Of a stretch of 35,433 nucleotides of DNA, positions 16,029-22,978 are shown piece after piece (position 1 is the first letter of the stretch; every line of letters begins with the position of its first letter). The stretch spans positions 1-35,433 of the forward strand of contig CAZKFS010000001.1 of the NCBI GenBank assembly GCA_964552275.1, given 5' to 3'. The notes below the pieces were generated by a model, which was not told the DNA's origin, made no database searches, and saw only the letters and a program-made list of their open reading frames with translations. This DNA comes from an uncultured Candidatus Saccharibacteria bacterium (GTDB taxonomy: Bacteria > Patescibacteriota > Minisyncoccia > Phycocordibacterales > DATDWN01). Made by a program: the position numbers and the translations under genes.

Positions 16029-16292
16029 TTAAATTACTCTGAATTTCTTATCTTTTGATATTGGAGCACATTCTTCTATAGTGACCTTGTCCCCTACTTT
16101 CTTTGTGTTTCCAGCATCATGCGCTTTAAACTTTTTGTTTACAGTAGTGTATTTACCATACTTTGGGTGTTTTACAAAGCGGCTCACTTCAACAACAACT
16201 GTGTCCTTCATTTTGTCAGATACTACAGTTCCAACAACTTTTCTAGAAGTTTTTGCTGTGACTTGTTCTTTTGTTGTTTTTGTTTTTGCCAT
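16029..16292 (-). CDS. rpsQ: 30S ribosomal protein S17
   Basis: VVGTVVSDKMKDTVVVEVSRFVKHPKYGKY. Confidence 0.95.
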   Translation of the reverse strand: MAKTKTTKEQVTAKTSRKVVGTVVSDKMKDTVVVEVSRFVKHPKYGKYTTVNKKFKAHDAGNTKKVGDKVTIEECAPISKDKKFRVI

Positions 16293-16303
16293 GTTTTTTA
16301 AAA

Positions 16304-16486
16304 TTACTTAGTTTTTGTTTTCATTACTGTAAGAATTCTCGCGATATCTTTCTTCAAGCTCTTACCCTCTTTTACGTTTCTTGTATTACTTCCTGCAACT
16401 GAAAAGCGGAAATTCCTCAAAGCCAATCGCTTCTCTCCAAGCATTGTGACCAACTCTTTTGTGCTTTTGTTTAATATTTCTTTCAT
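16304..16486 (-). CDS. rpmC: 50S ribosomal protein L29
   Basis: 60 aa with STKELVTMLGEKRLALRNFRF. Position between L16 and S17. Confidence 0.9.
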   Translation of the reverse strand: MKEILNKSTKELVTMLGEKRLALRNFRFSVAGSNTRNVKEGKSLKKDIARILTVMKTKTK

Positions 16487-16492
16487 GGCTTT

Positions 16493-16918
16493 TTAGTTAT
16501 GAGTAGCTGAGATTATTTTCGTATTCAAAGGAAGTTTTGTTCCAGCTTTTCTTAGAGCTTCTCTTGCTACAGCATCTGTAACACCATCAACTTCAAAAAT
16601 CACTCTTCCTGGTTTTACTGGAGCACAGTATCCAAACAAATCCCCCTTACCCTTTCCAAGCTTTACTTCCGCAGGTTTCTTTGTAAGTGGCATGTCTGGG
16701 AAAATTCTAATCCAAACCTTTCCTGTCTTACCAACAGCTCGAGACAAAGCTTTTCTAGCCGCCTCTATTTGGTTAGACATTATACGAGCAGGAGTTATAG
16801 CCTTTAGACCATGTGAACCAAAAGCCACTGTTGTACCACGAGAAGCAACACCAACCTTGTTAGCGTTTTTTCTCATTGTGTGCCATTTTCTATATTTTAC
16901 TTTTTTAGGTAACAACAT
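16493..16918 (-). CDS. rplP: 50S ribosomal protein L16
   Basis: MLLPKKVKYRKWH...FGSHGLKA. Confidence 0.95.
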   Translation of the reverse strand: MLLPKKVKYRKWHTMRKNANKVGVASRGTTVAFGSHGLKAITPARIMSNQIEAARKALSRAVGKTGKVWIRIFPDMPLTKKPAEVKLGKGKGDLFGYCAPVKPGRVIFEVDGVTDAVAREALRKAGTKLPLNTKIISATHN

Positions 16919-16932
16919 GGTAGTTAATTAAA

Positions 16933-17589
16933 TTATTTTGAGAATATTTCTCCTTTGTATATCCAAACTTTTATTCCCAATCCTCCGTATGGAAGTCTTG
17001 CCTCAAATTTTGCAAAATCAACATCTGCTCGGAAAGTCTGAAGAGGGATTCTTCCTCTCTTTATTTTCTCTTGGCGAGCCATTGAAGCACCTCCAAGTCT
17101 TCCTGACAACTCTATCTTTACACCCAAAACATCTCTGTTTGCCATAACCTTCTCAACCATTTGCTTTGTTACACGTCTGAAAGGAAGTCTTTTTTCCAAA
17201 CCATCTGCAACCATTTGAGCAACTATCATAGCGTTTGATTCTGGAGATTTAACTTCTTTTATATCAACTTTTACTTCACCACCAGCTGAAAGTTTCTTCT
17301 TTGATAGAAAAGCCAAGATATCATTCTTTAACTTCACTGCGCCATCACCAGATCGTCCAATGATCATACCTGGTCTTGATGTCTCAATAATAATTCGAAG
17401 AACCTTCTCTCCTCTTTCCATCTCTATGTTACTTATGTATAGGCCTCGAAGTTTCTTCTCTAGGTGTTCTCTCAAAAGAACGTCGCTCTTTAGAAACTCT
17501 TTGTATTTACCTTTTACTCCAAACCATCGAGACTTCCAGTCTCTGATAATTCCTAGTCTATGTGAATATGGGTGTACTGTATGAGTCAT
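16933..17589 (-). CDS. rpsC: 30S ribosomal protein S3
   Basis: HPYSHRLGIIRDWKSRWF and a KH domain. S10-operon position. Confidence 0.95.
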   Translation of the reverse strand: MTHTVHPYSHRLGIIRDWKSRWFGVKGKYKEFLKSDVLLREHLEKKLRGLYISNIEMERGEKVLRIIIETSRPGMIIGRSGDGAVKLKNDILAFLSKKKLSAGGEVKVDIKEVKSPESNAMIVAQMVADGLEKRLPFRRVTKQMVEKVMANRDVLGVKIELSGRLGGASMARQEKIKRGRIPLQTFRADVDFAKFEARLPYGGLGIKVWIYKGEIFSK

Positions 17590-17590
17590 A

Positions 17591-18022
17591 TTATTTTGTG
17601 ATTTTCTTAGCTCTTGGTTTTTTTACAGATTTAGCTTCTGCAACTTCTGTAGCTTTAACCTCTTTTACAATCTTTACTTTCTTCTTTGAATCAGCCTCAC
17701 CAAGCTCAACAAAAATAGCTGATGTTCTCTTTCGTATTGGATGAGCAGAACCACGAGCAGCTGGCATTCGTCTGTACATTATTTTTCCACCATCTACTTT
17801 TATAGTTTTAACTATAAGGTTTTCTGTTGGAATATCTTGAGCCTTTGCGTTTGCAAGAGCTGACATAATAAGAGTCTTGATAGGAAGAGAAGCTTTCTTT
17901 GCAACGAAATCTAGGTTTACCAAAACCTCAGAAACTTTCTTTCCTCTCACAGCATTTGCAACCAATCGCATTTTGCGAGGAGCTTGTCTGAAATTTGATA
18001 ATGTTGCTTTTGCTGTTGCCAT
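17591..18022 (-). CDS. rplV: 50S ribosomal protein L22 (Lys-rich C-terminal extension)
   Basis: FRQAPRKMRLVANAVRGKKVSEVLVNLDF. Confidence 0.95.
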   Translation of the reverse strand: MATAKATLSNFRQAPRKMRLVANAVRGKKVSEVLVNLDFVAKKASLPIKTLIMSALANAKAQDIPTENLIVKTIKVDGGKIMYRRMPAARGSAHPIRKRTSAIFVELGEADSKKKVKIVKEVKATEVAEAKSVKKPRAKKITK

Positions 18023-18031
18023 ATAAATATA

Positions 18032-18379
18032 TTATTTCTTCTTAGCGTCAGTTGTAGCGGCCTTTGCAGATTGAGCAGCAGCTATCTCACCCTCTTTCTT
18101 CTTCTGCTCTAGCTCCTTCTGCATTTTACCTCCGTGTTTTATGAACTTTTTAGTAGGAGAAAACTCGCCTAGTCTGTGACCCACCATATCTTCATTTACG
18201 GAAACTTCAATATGAACCTTGCCGTTATGAACACCAAAAATAAAACCTACCATCTCAGGAGAGATCACGCATGCACGAGACCAAGTCTTAATAACCCCAG
18301 TTTCACTGGATTTTTTACCCTCAATTTTCTTGAGTAGTCTCTCGTCTACGTATGGACCTTTTTTAGATGATCTTGTCAT
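18032..18379 (-). CDS. rpsS: 30S ribosomal protein S19 (C-terminal extension)
   Basis: [29 protein letters not shown]. Confidence 0.95.
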   Translation of the reverse strand: MTRSSKKGPYVDERLLKKIEGKKSSETGVIKTWSRACVISPEMVGFIFGVHNGKVHIEVSVNEDMVGHRLGEFSPTKKFIKHGGKMQKELEQKKKEGEIAAAQSAKAATTDAKKK

Positions 18380-18475
18380 TTTAATTTGTTGAAAACAAAA
18401 ACCACATTGTTAGTGGTACTGACTAGCTAATACCTCAAACAGAATGTATAAGACGTGTAGTCTTACGTGGCGTCT

Positions 18476-18504
18476 ATACTATACAAAATGCCTCAGAATG
18501 TCAA
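18476..18504 (-). promoter_or_regulatory. promoter TTGACA-17-TAGTAT upstream of rpsS
   Basis: Minus strand ttgacattctgaggcattttgtatagtat. It lies directly downstream of the UUCG-loop terminator of the RNA candidate. Confidence 0.55.
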
Positions 18505-18520
18505 CACATTTAATCAATGT

Positions 18521-18748
18521 AAGGAAAAGGCCTCCCGAAGGAGGCCGTGTTGGAGGGAGAGGGCCTAGAGCACCCCTGCGCCATGGGTGGTAGTCGCCCA
18601 AGGTAACTAGTATTTACCGGATTTTCGCAGTGCCCCAATCGACACAAGGACCATAGTTTTTCACTCTTTCATCAAACGAGTTGCAACTCGCTGAATCCCC
18701 AAGCGTTGCGGTCTGGTCCAAGGATGTTGCCACCACCTCTCCCCCAAA
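18521..18748 (-). ncRNA. unclassified G+C-rich structured RNA candidate (~225 nt) between rplB and rpsS
   Basis: No ORF longer than about 24 codons on either strand. Closing helix gggagagg (18555-18562) pairs with cctctccc (18736-18743). Second helix GGUGG/CCACC. Internal hairpins include CGAGU-UGCA-ACUCG. The minus-strand 3' end is GGCCUCC-UUCG-GGAGGCC plus UUUUCCUU (18521-18546). I counted 41/60 G+C in 18541-18600. Class unknown. Confidence 0.5.
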
Positions 18749-18785
18749 ATAAGACTATACTTTTTAATACATAAGTCAATTAAAC

Positions 18786-18816
18786 AAAAACACCGTTCGA
18801 GTTCGAACGGTGTTTT
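18786..18816. terminator. strong bidirectional terminator directly after the rplB stop
   Basis: aaaaacaccgttcga-gt-tcgaacggtgttttt, a perfect 11-bp stem with flanking A and T runs. Confidence 0.8.
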
Positions 18817-18821
18817 TGTTT

Positions 18822-19664
18822 TTACTTCTTTTTACCTACCTTCCTTCTACTTACGATGAATTTATTTGAATATTTCTTTGGAGTTCTAGATTTCTGTCCC
18901 TTACCTGTTGGTTTACCGTACACAGAGATAGCTCTCTTGCGTCCTCGGCCTTGTCTACCCTCTCCACCTCCGTATGGGTGATCAACTGGGTTTTGAGCAG
19001 TACCTCGAACTGTAGGGCGAATACCCAACCATCGTGATCGTCCAGCTTTTCCTAGGTTTACTAGTCTGTTTTCATTGTTTGAAACTTCTCCAACAGATGC
19101 CCATGCAGTGTCTTTTACTTTTCTAACTTCTGTTGAAGGAAGTTTGATATCCACGTAACCAGCGTCCTTTGCAATAACTTCTACGAAGTTTCCAGCTGAA
19201 CGAGCTAGTTTTGCTCCACCTTGTGGCTTAACCTCTACGTTGTAAACAAAAGTTCCAATAGTTATATTTTTAAGAGGTAATCTGTTTCCAGATTTTATTT
19301 CTGCTGTTTCAGATGTGATGAGTGTATCTCCAACTCTGACAGATGATGGTAGAAGAACATATCTCTTTGCACCGTCTCTGTACTGAGCAAGACCAATAAA
19401 TCCTGATCGGTTTGGATCGTATTCTACTGTTTTTATAGTATAAGGAACGTTTATTTTGTCGTATTTGAAATCAATCTCTCTAAACAGTCTTTTTGCTCCA
19501 CCTCCTTTGTGTCTAGTAGTTATTTTACCATGGTGGTTTCGGCCCATCTTTCTTCTAAAACCGTGAGTTAGTGACTTCACTGGTTCTGTAGCTGTAACAA
19601 AGTCACCAAAAGAGATGGTTGTCATTCCTCTACGACTTTTTGATGTTGGTTTATATCTCTTCAT
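18822..19664 (-). CDS. rplB: 50S ribosomal protein L2
   Basis: 280 aa with GGGAKRLFREIDF and HPYGGGEGR motifs. Confidence 0.95.
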   Translation of the reverse strand: MKRYKPTSKSRRGMTTISFGDFVTATEPVKSLTHGFRRKMGRNHHGKITTRHKGGGAKRLFREIDFKYDKINVPYTIKTVEYDPNRSGFIGLAQYRDGAKRYVLLPSSVRVGDTLITSETAEIKSGNRLPLKNITIGTFVYNVEVKPQGGAKLARSAGNFVEVIAKDAGYVDIKLPSTEVRKVKDTAWASVGEVSNNENRLVNLGKAGRSRWLGIRPTVRGTAQNPVDHPYGGGEGRQGRGRKRAISVYGKPTGKGQKSRTPKKYSNKFIVSRRKVGKKK

Positions 19665-19674
19665 GGTAATTTTA

Positions 19675-19956
19675 TTATATGTTCTCTATTTGAGTCCCCT
19701 TTTTAAGATATATGTAGGCTTTCTTATATCCTGATTTTTTACCGACTTTTCCTCTAACAAAAACTTTCTTTGCATGAATAGTAACTGTACTTATCTTGAT
19801 TGGGTTGATTTTGTATTTCTCGATAAAAGCTTTCTCGATTAGAACTTTTGTTGATTTTGGATCAACTTCAAATACGTAAACTGAAGACTCTGCAGTACGA
19901 GTTGCCTTCTCTGTGATGTGTGGACTTATTAAAACTGAGTTAAGATCTTTTTTCAT
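19675..19956 (-). CDS. rplW: 50S ribosomal protein L23
   Basis: ISPHITEKATRTAE.. and position between L4 and L2. Confidence 0.9.
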   Translation of the reverse strand: MKKDLNSVLISPHITEKATRTAESSVYVFEVDPKSTKVLIEKAFIEKYKINPIKISTVTIHAKKVFVRGKVGKKSGYKKAYIYLKKGTQIENI

Positions 19957-19980
19957 AGCTGTCGTAGCTTGCGCCTAATG

Positions 19981-20685
19981 TTAATTTGCCTTCGGCGCTT
20001 CCACCTTCTTATTTGATAATTTTTCTCCTATTTTTTGACTGATCTGAGGAATACCTTTCTCTGGATTAGAAATAACTACATACTTGTATTTCATTAGGTG
20101 AACTGGACTGATGTTTCTTATTTCATCAACGATCAAGTTGTTGAAGTTAGCAAAACTTTTTTCTGTATTAGCATCTTTTGAAGACAAAGCAACATATGCT
20201 GAGTTTCTTTTCTTTGAAAGAAGATCTTTGAATCCTGAAACTTTTGAAAGTGAAGATAGAACCTCTCTAGCGCCTTTTGTTTTGATAGCTTTCAAAGACA
20301 TATCATCCACAAACAGAACATGACCATTCTTGAATTTATCAGAAAGAATAGTGTAAAGAGCTTTTGCCTTCATTTTCTTATTTATTTTTCTATCAAAATT
20401 CTTGTCACTTCTAGGACCATGAGTAACACCTCCGTGTCTCCATATAGGTGAACGTGTAGAACCGTGTCGAGCACGACCAGTTCCCTTTTGTTGCCAAGGT
20501 TTCTTACCTCCTCCACTTACCTCACCTCTGTTTTTTGTGTGAGCAACGTTTGGACGAGCAATTGATTCCATAGAAACAACAACTTGGTGAACCAAGTCAG
20601 CATTCCACTTCAAACCAAAAACTGACTCTGGCAAAGCCACTTTTCCTGATTCCTTTCCTTTTTGATTGTATACTACAGCTTCCAT
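19981..20685 (-). CDS. rplD: 50S ribosomal protein L4
   Basis: SGGGKKPWQQKGTGRARHGSTRSPIWRHGG motif. Confidence 0.95.
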   Translation of the reverse strand: MEAVVYNQKGKESGKVALPESVFGLKWNADLVHQVVVSMESIARPNVAHTKNRGEVSGGGKKPWQQKGTGRARHGSTRSPIWRHGGVTHGPRSDKNFDRKINKKMKAKALYTILSDKFKNGHVLFVDDMSLKAIKTKGAREVLSSLSKVSGFKDLLSKKRNSAYVALSSKDANTEKSFANFNNLIVDEIRNISPVHLMKYKYVVISNPEKGIPQISQKIGEKLSNKKVEAPKAN

Positions 20686-20695
20686 ATTTTTATTA

Positions 20696-21307
20696 TTATC
20701 CGTTTAGTTCAACTAGAGTTCCTCGTCTTCCAGATATAGCACCTCGTACAAAAATCTCTCCAGTTTCTGGTTTAACAGAAACAACAGTTAGACCTTTAGT
20801 TGTGATCCTATCACCACCCATTCTTCCGGCCATTCTCTTGCCTTTTGCAACACGACCTCCATCTCTACCTCCTCCACCAATAGAACCTGGCTCACGCTCT
20901 GAGTGCTTCTGTCCGTGTGAACGAGGTCCACCTTTGAATCCATGTCTTTTGACAGTACCTTGAAAGCCCTTACCTTTTGATAGTGAAGATGCAGTTATCA
21001 TATCTCCAGCTGAAAATGTAGAAAGATCAATACTATCTCCAACTTTAAATGCAGGTTCGCCCTCTGTTCTAAATTCTCTGAGGTACATGTAGTTACCACC
21101 CTTCATCTGACCTTTCTGCGCCTTGTTAATATTTTTCTCTGCTCTCTCTCCAAAACCAACTTGAACAGCATTGTAACCATCTGTAGAAACAGTTTTGATA
21201 GCAGTAACAACCATAGGTCCAGCTTTTATAGCTGTGACAGGATGAACAACCCCTTTGTCGTCAAAGATTTGGGTCATATTTAGTTTTGTTCCTAAAATAA
21301 ATTTCAT
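20696..21307 (-). CDS. rplC: 50S ribosomal protein L3
   Basis: I chose the start at MKFILGTKLNMTQIFD (ATG 21305-21307). The 23 residues upstream in the track are probably leader read-through. FKGGPRSHGQ motif. Confidence 0.9.
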   Translation of the reverse strand: MKFILGTKLNMTQIFDDKGVVHPVTAIKAGPMVVTAIKTVSTDGYNAVQVGFGERAEKNINKAQKGQMKGGNYMYLREFRTEGEPAFKVGDSIDLSTFSAGDMITASSLSKGKGFQGTVKRHGFKGGPRSHGQKHSEREPGSIGGGGRDGGRVAKGKRMAGRMGGDRITTKGLTVVSVKPETGEIFVRGAISGRRGTLVELNG

Positions 21308-21391
21308 ATTATTTTGATTTCTTGGAAACATTTTTCGGACAGTAATGAGAAAAGTGTTTTTCCCAACATTGCCCATCGCTAGTCTCCTGAA

Positions 21392-21425
21392 TCCGCCTCT
21401 TCGGCGGACCCGCCGACGAGGCGGG
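21392..21425 (-). promoter_or_regulatory. two tandem GC-rich hairpins in the rplC 5' leader
   Basis: tccgcc-tcttc-ggcgga (21392-21408) and cccgcc-gacga-ggcggg (21409-21425), each a 6-bp stem with a 5-nt loop. Confidence 0.45.
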
Positions 21426-21449
21426 AAAGTCCATTTGAAAGACTTGACT

Positions 21450-21478
21450 ACATTAGCAGATATCGGTTTTTAATTCAA
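21450..21478 (-). promoter_or_regulatory. promoter module copy 2: TTGAAT-17-(TGc)TAATGT, upstream of rplC
   Basis: Minus strand ttgaattaaaaaccgatatctgctaatgt, similar to copies 1 and 3. Confidence 0.55.
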
Positions 21479-21545
21479 GTCCTTTTAAAATAAATAAAAA
21501 AAACCGTGAATCAGGCAGAAGCCAACCCATAGGTTTTGTGTGGTC

Positions 21546-21579
21546 CCGCGGGCTGGTGGGGTGCTCCCACCGCCCGCGG
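21546..21579 (-). other. 14-bp GC-rich hairpin 3' of the secreted-protein ORF (terminator-like, no U tract)
   Basis: ccgcgggc(t)ggtggg - gtgct - cccaccgcccgcgg. Confidence 0.5.
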
Positions 21580-21610
21580 TCATATGTGTTCTCGGTGGGG
21601 ACTTGAAGGA

Positions 21611-21970
21611 TCAGCCCACCGCGAACGAGCCCGTCGTGTTCGAGGTGCCAATCGCACCAACCCAGGCCGGCGCCGAGGAGTGTTGTCTGTCTCCCAGGCC
21701 GACGGTGTTGTTGGGGCGTATCGACATGTCGGCGATGGTGTCGACTTCCGGAAGGGCGTCCTCGTAGGTGTTGATCGAGTGTTGAACAGTAAATCCTGGC
21801 ATGACGACTTCCATCAAGGAGGGTTCCACCTGGACATCCTCCTCGATCATCGTCACGCTGCCGACCGCGATGGTGACGATGTTGTGCTTGTTGTCATCGA
21901 CCTTCTGGACCGGTGACGACGGAAGGAGCAGCGCGAACACCGCCCCGAGTAGAACCAAGAGCTTCCTCAT
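21611..21970 (-). CDS. small secreted hypothetical protein (119 aa) in a high-G+C insert between rpsJ and rplC
   Basis: AGGAGG lies 4 nt upstream of the ATG. Signal peptide MRKLLVLLGAVFALLLPSS. Third codon positions are visibly G/C-rich. I counted 43/60 G+C in 21541-21600 (3' hairpin region just outside the ORF) and 41/60 in 21661-21720 (inside the ORF). Confidence 0.65.
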   Translation of the reverse strand: MRKLLVLLGAVFALLLPSSPVQKVDDNKHNIVTIAVGSVTMIEEDVQVEPSLMEVVMPGFTVQHSINTYEDALPEVDTIADMSIRPNNTVGLGDRQHSSAPAWVGAIGTSNTTGSFAVG

Positions 21971-22051
21971 GAGTCCTCCTAATAGTTAGAACGAATGGTC
22001 ACCAGACCACCCTATTTCCTATGGTATAACAACAAATATTTAAGTGCAAAC

Positions 22052-22077
22052 AAAAAACCACCTCTCGGTGGTTTTTT
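22052..22077. terminator. terminator aaaaaaccacc-tctc-ggtggtttttt
   Basis: Same hairpin family as 23022-23047 and 34410-35. It lies after the rpsJ 3' element. Confidence 0.75.
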
Positions 22078-22087
22078 GTTTATTTCT

Positions 22088-22208
22088 GAGGATTTTTGTT
22101 GAAGTTCGAAGTTCGCAGTTTTTATGTACGACCAAAATGTACAAAAGTACATTGCGGGAGTAGATAAAACCGAGAACAAAGAAATTCTACAAAAAGACCG
22201 GAAATAAC
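22088..22208 (-). repeat. ~120-nt intergenic element abutting the rpsJ stop; homologous to 13725-13843
   Basis: See the 13725-13843 feature. Inner perfect hairpin aatgtac-aaaa-gtacatt (22136-22153). Outer stem gtttttat / ataaaac at the position equivalent to the 11-bp stem of the other copy. Confidence 0.75.
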
Positions 22209-22598
22209 TTAGATGATTTTTACGTCGATATTAACCCCTGACGGAAGTGACATGTTTGTCAGAGCTTCCATTATCTTTGGTGTAGGGTTTAGGATATCGA
22301 TTACTCTTTTGTGAGTTCTCATTTCAAACTGCTCACGAGCATTTTTGAAAACGAAAGCAGATCGGTTTACTGTATATTTCTTTATTTCTGTAGGAAGAGG
22401 AATAGGTCCTTCTACTTTTGCATCATATCGAAGAGCTGTATCTATAATCTGCTTTACAGACAAATCAAGAATCTTGTATTCATAAGCACGAACGCGAATT
22501 CTGAGCTTTGAAATAACATCTGATTTAGCTGCCTTTGGAGCAGCTTTTGCTGTAGTCTTTTTTACAGATGCCTTTTTAGTTGTTTCCTTTGCAGTCAT
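22209..22598 (-). CDS. rpsJ: 30S ribosomal protein S10 (about 30-aa Lys/Ala-rich N-terminal extension)
   Basis: LRIRVRAYEYKILDLSVKQIIDTA core and position ahead of rplC. Confidence 0.95.
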   Translation of the reverse strand: MTAKETTKKASVKKTTAKAAPKAAKSDVISKLRIRVRAYEYKILDLSVKQIIDTALRYDAKVEGPIPLPTEIKKYTVNRSAFVFKNAREQFEMRTHKRVIDILNPTPKIMEALTNMSLPSGVNIDVKII

Positions 22599-22619
22599 GT
22601 CAATTTAGTTGTACCCCAG

Positions 22620-22648
22620 ATACTAGCAGATAATGGTTTTTTGTTCAA
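22620..22648 (-). promoter_or_regulatory. promoter module copy 3: TTGAAC-17-(TGc)TAGTAT, upstream of rpsJ
   Basis: Minus strand ttgaacaaaaaaccattatctgctagtat. Confidence 0.6.
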
Positions 22649-22678
22649 GGGGTGTGAACATTTTAATTCAATCTTATC

Positions 22679-22706
22679 TTGACAAAATGCAAACAACTGT
22701 TATAAT
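22679..22706 (+). promoter_or_regulatory. near-consensus promoter TTGACA-16-(TGt)TATAAT
   Basis: ttgacaaaatgcaaacaactgttataat. GGGAG follows at 22714-22718 and the ATG at 22726. Confidence 0.7.
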
Positions 22707-22725
22707 GTAATTAGGGAGTTGAAAA

Positions 22726-22926
22726 ATGTTAATCTGGATTTTGAGCACTGGGCTAACAGTACTACTGACCATATTCGGCACCATTTTCGTCGGGTCGGTA
22801 GTCGTCTGTACCGCATTGATGGGTGGAGACAAGAGAAATTCTGTGTACTCTTACTCACTTCAATCTCTGCTCGTTTCTTTGCTAATACTAATAGGACTCC
22901 TCGCACTCAAGGCAAAATTCGCTTGA
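22726..22926 (+). CDS. 66-aa two-TM hydrophobic peptide, antisense to the operon direction
   Basis: MLIWILSTGLTVLLTIFGTIFVGSVVVCTAL-MGGDKRNSVYSYSLQ-SLLVSLLILIGLLALKAKFA. It is the only one of three overlapping ORFs that has an SD plus an ATG. Confidence 0.6.
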   Translation: MLIWILSTGLTVLLTIFGTIFVGSVVVCTALMGGDKRNSVYSYSLQSLLVSLLILIGLLALKAKFA

Positions 22927-22978
22927 TGGTGGGTGGCCCTAAAAAGGATGTCCGCTAGAATTAACGAGTTCATCACGA

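Noticed and set aside
11279-20323. Many plus-strand ORFs of 60-150 aa in the supplied track lie antisense to r-protein genes, secY, tuf, fusA and others. Examples are 11279-11650, 12450-12794, 13057-13398, 15036-15287, 23485-23943 and 27863-28279.
   Set aside because: They sit entirely inside well-supported minus-strand genes, lack start signals and have low-complexity Ser/Phe/Leu-rich translations typical of antisense frames of AT-rich coding DNA.
21418-21435. GGCGGGAAAGTCC on the plus strand resembles the RNase P RNA P4 motif GAGGAAAGUCC. CAGAAGCC at 21507-21514 vaguely resembles the 3' P4 strand.
   Set aside because: The two motifs are only about 90 nt apart and the other conserved RNase P regions are missing. 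The motif is explained by the GC hairpins of the rplC leader on the other strand.
21536-21989. Plus-strand ORFs 21536-21916, 21540-21767 and 21801-21989 overlap the high-GC insert.
   Set aside because: Long open frames are expected on both strands of high-GC DNA. These are Arg/Gly-rich, start at non-ATG codons or lack an SD. The minus-strand ORF has AGGAGG, an ATG, a signal peptide and GC3 bias.
21527-22024. Imperfect terminal inverted repeats (ccatagg-n6-gtggtc / gaccac-n7-cctatgg) as evidence that the high-GC insert is a transposable element.
   Set aside because: Only 13 matched bases with unequal spacing, and no transposase or target duplication. It is mentioned in the finding as a weak boundary clue, not called as a mobile element.
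22700-22958. Alternative ORFs 22700-22906 (-) and 22719-22958 (+) overlap the 66-aa peptide ORF.
   Set aside because: Neither has an SD or a well-spaced promoter. Their translations are Arg/Cys-rich and non-hydrophobic. The 22726 frame has the promoter, the SD and a coherent two-TM profile.
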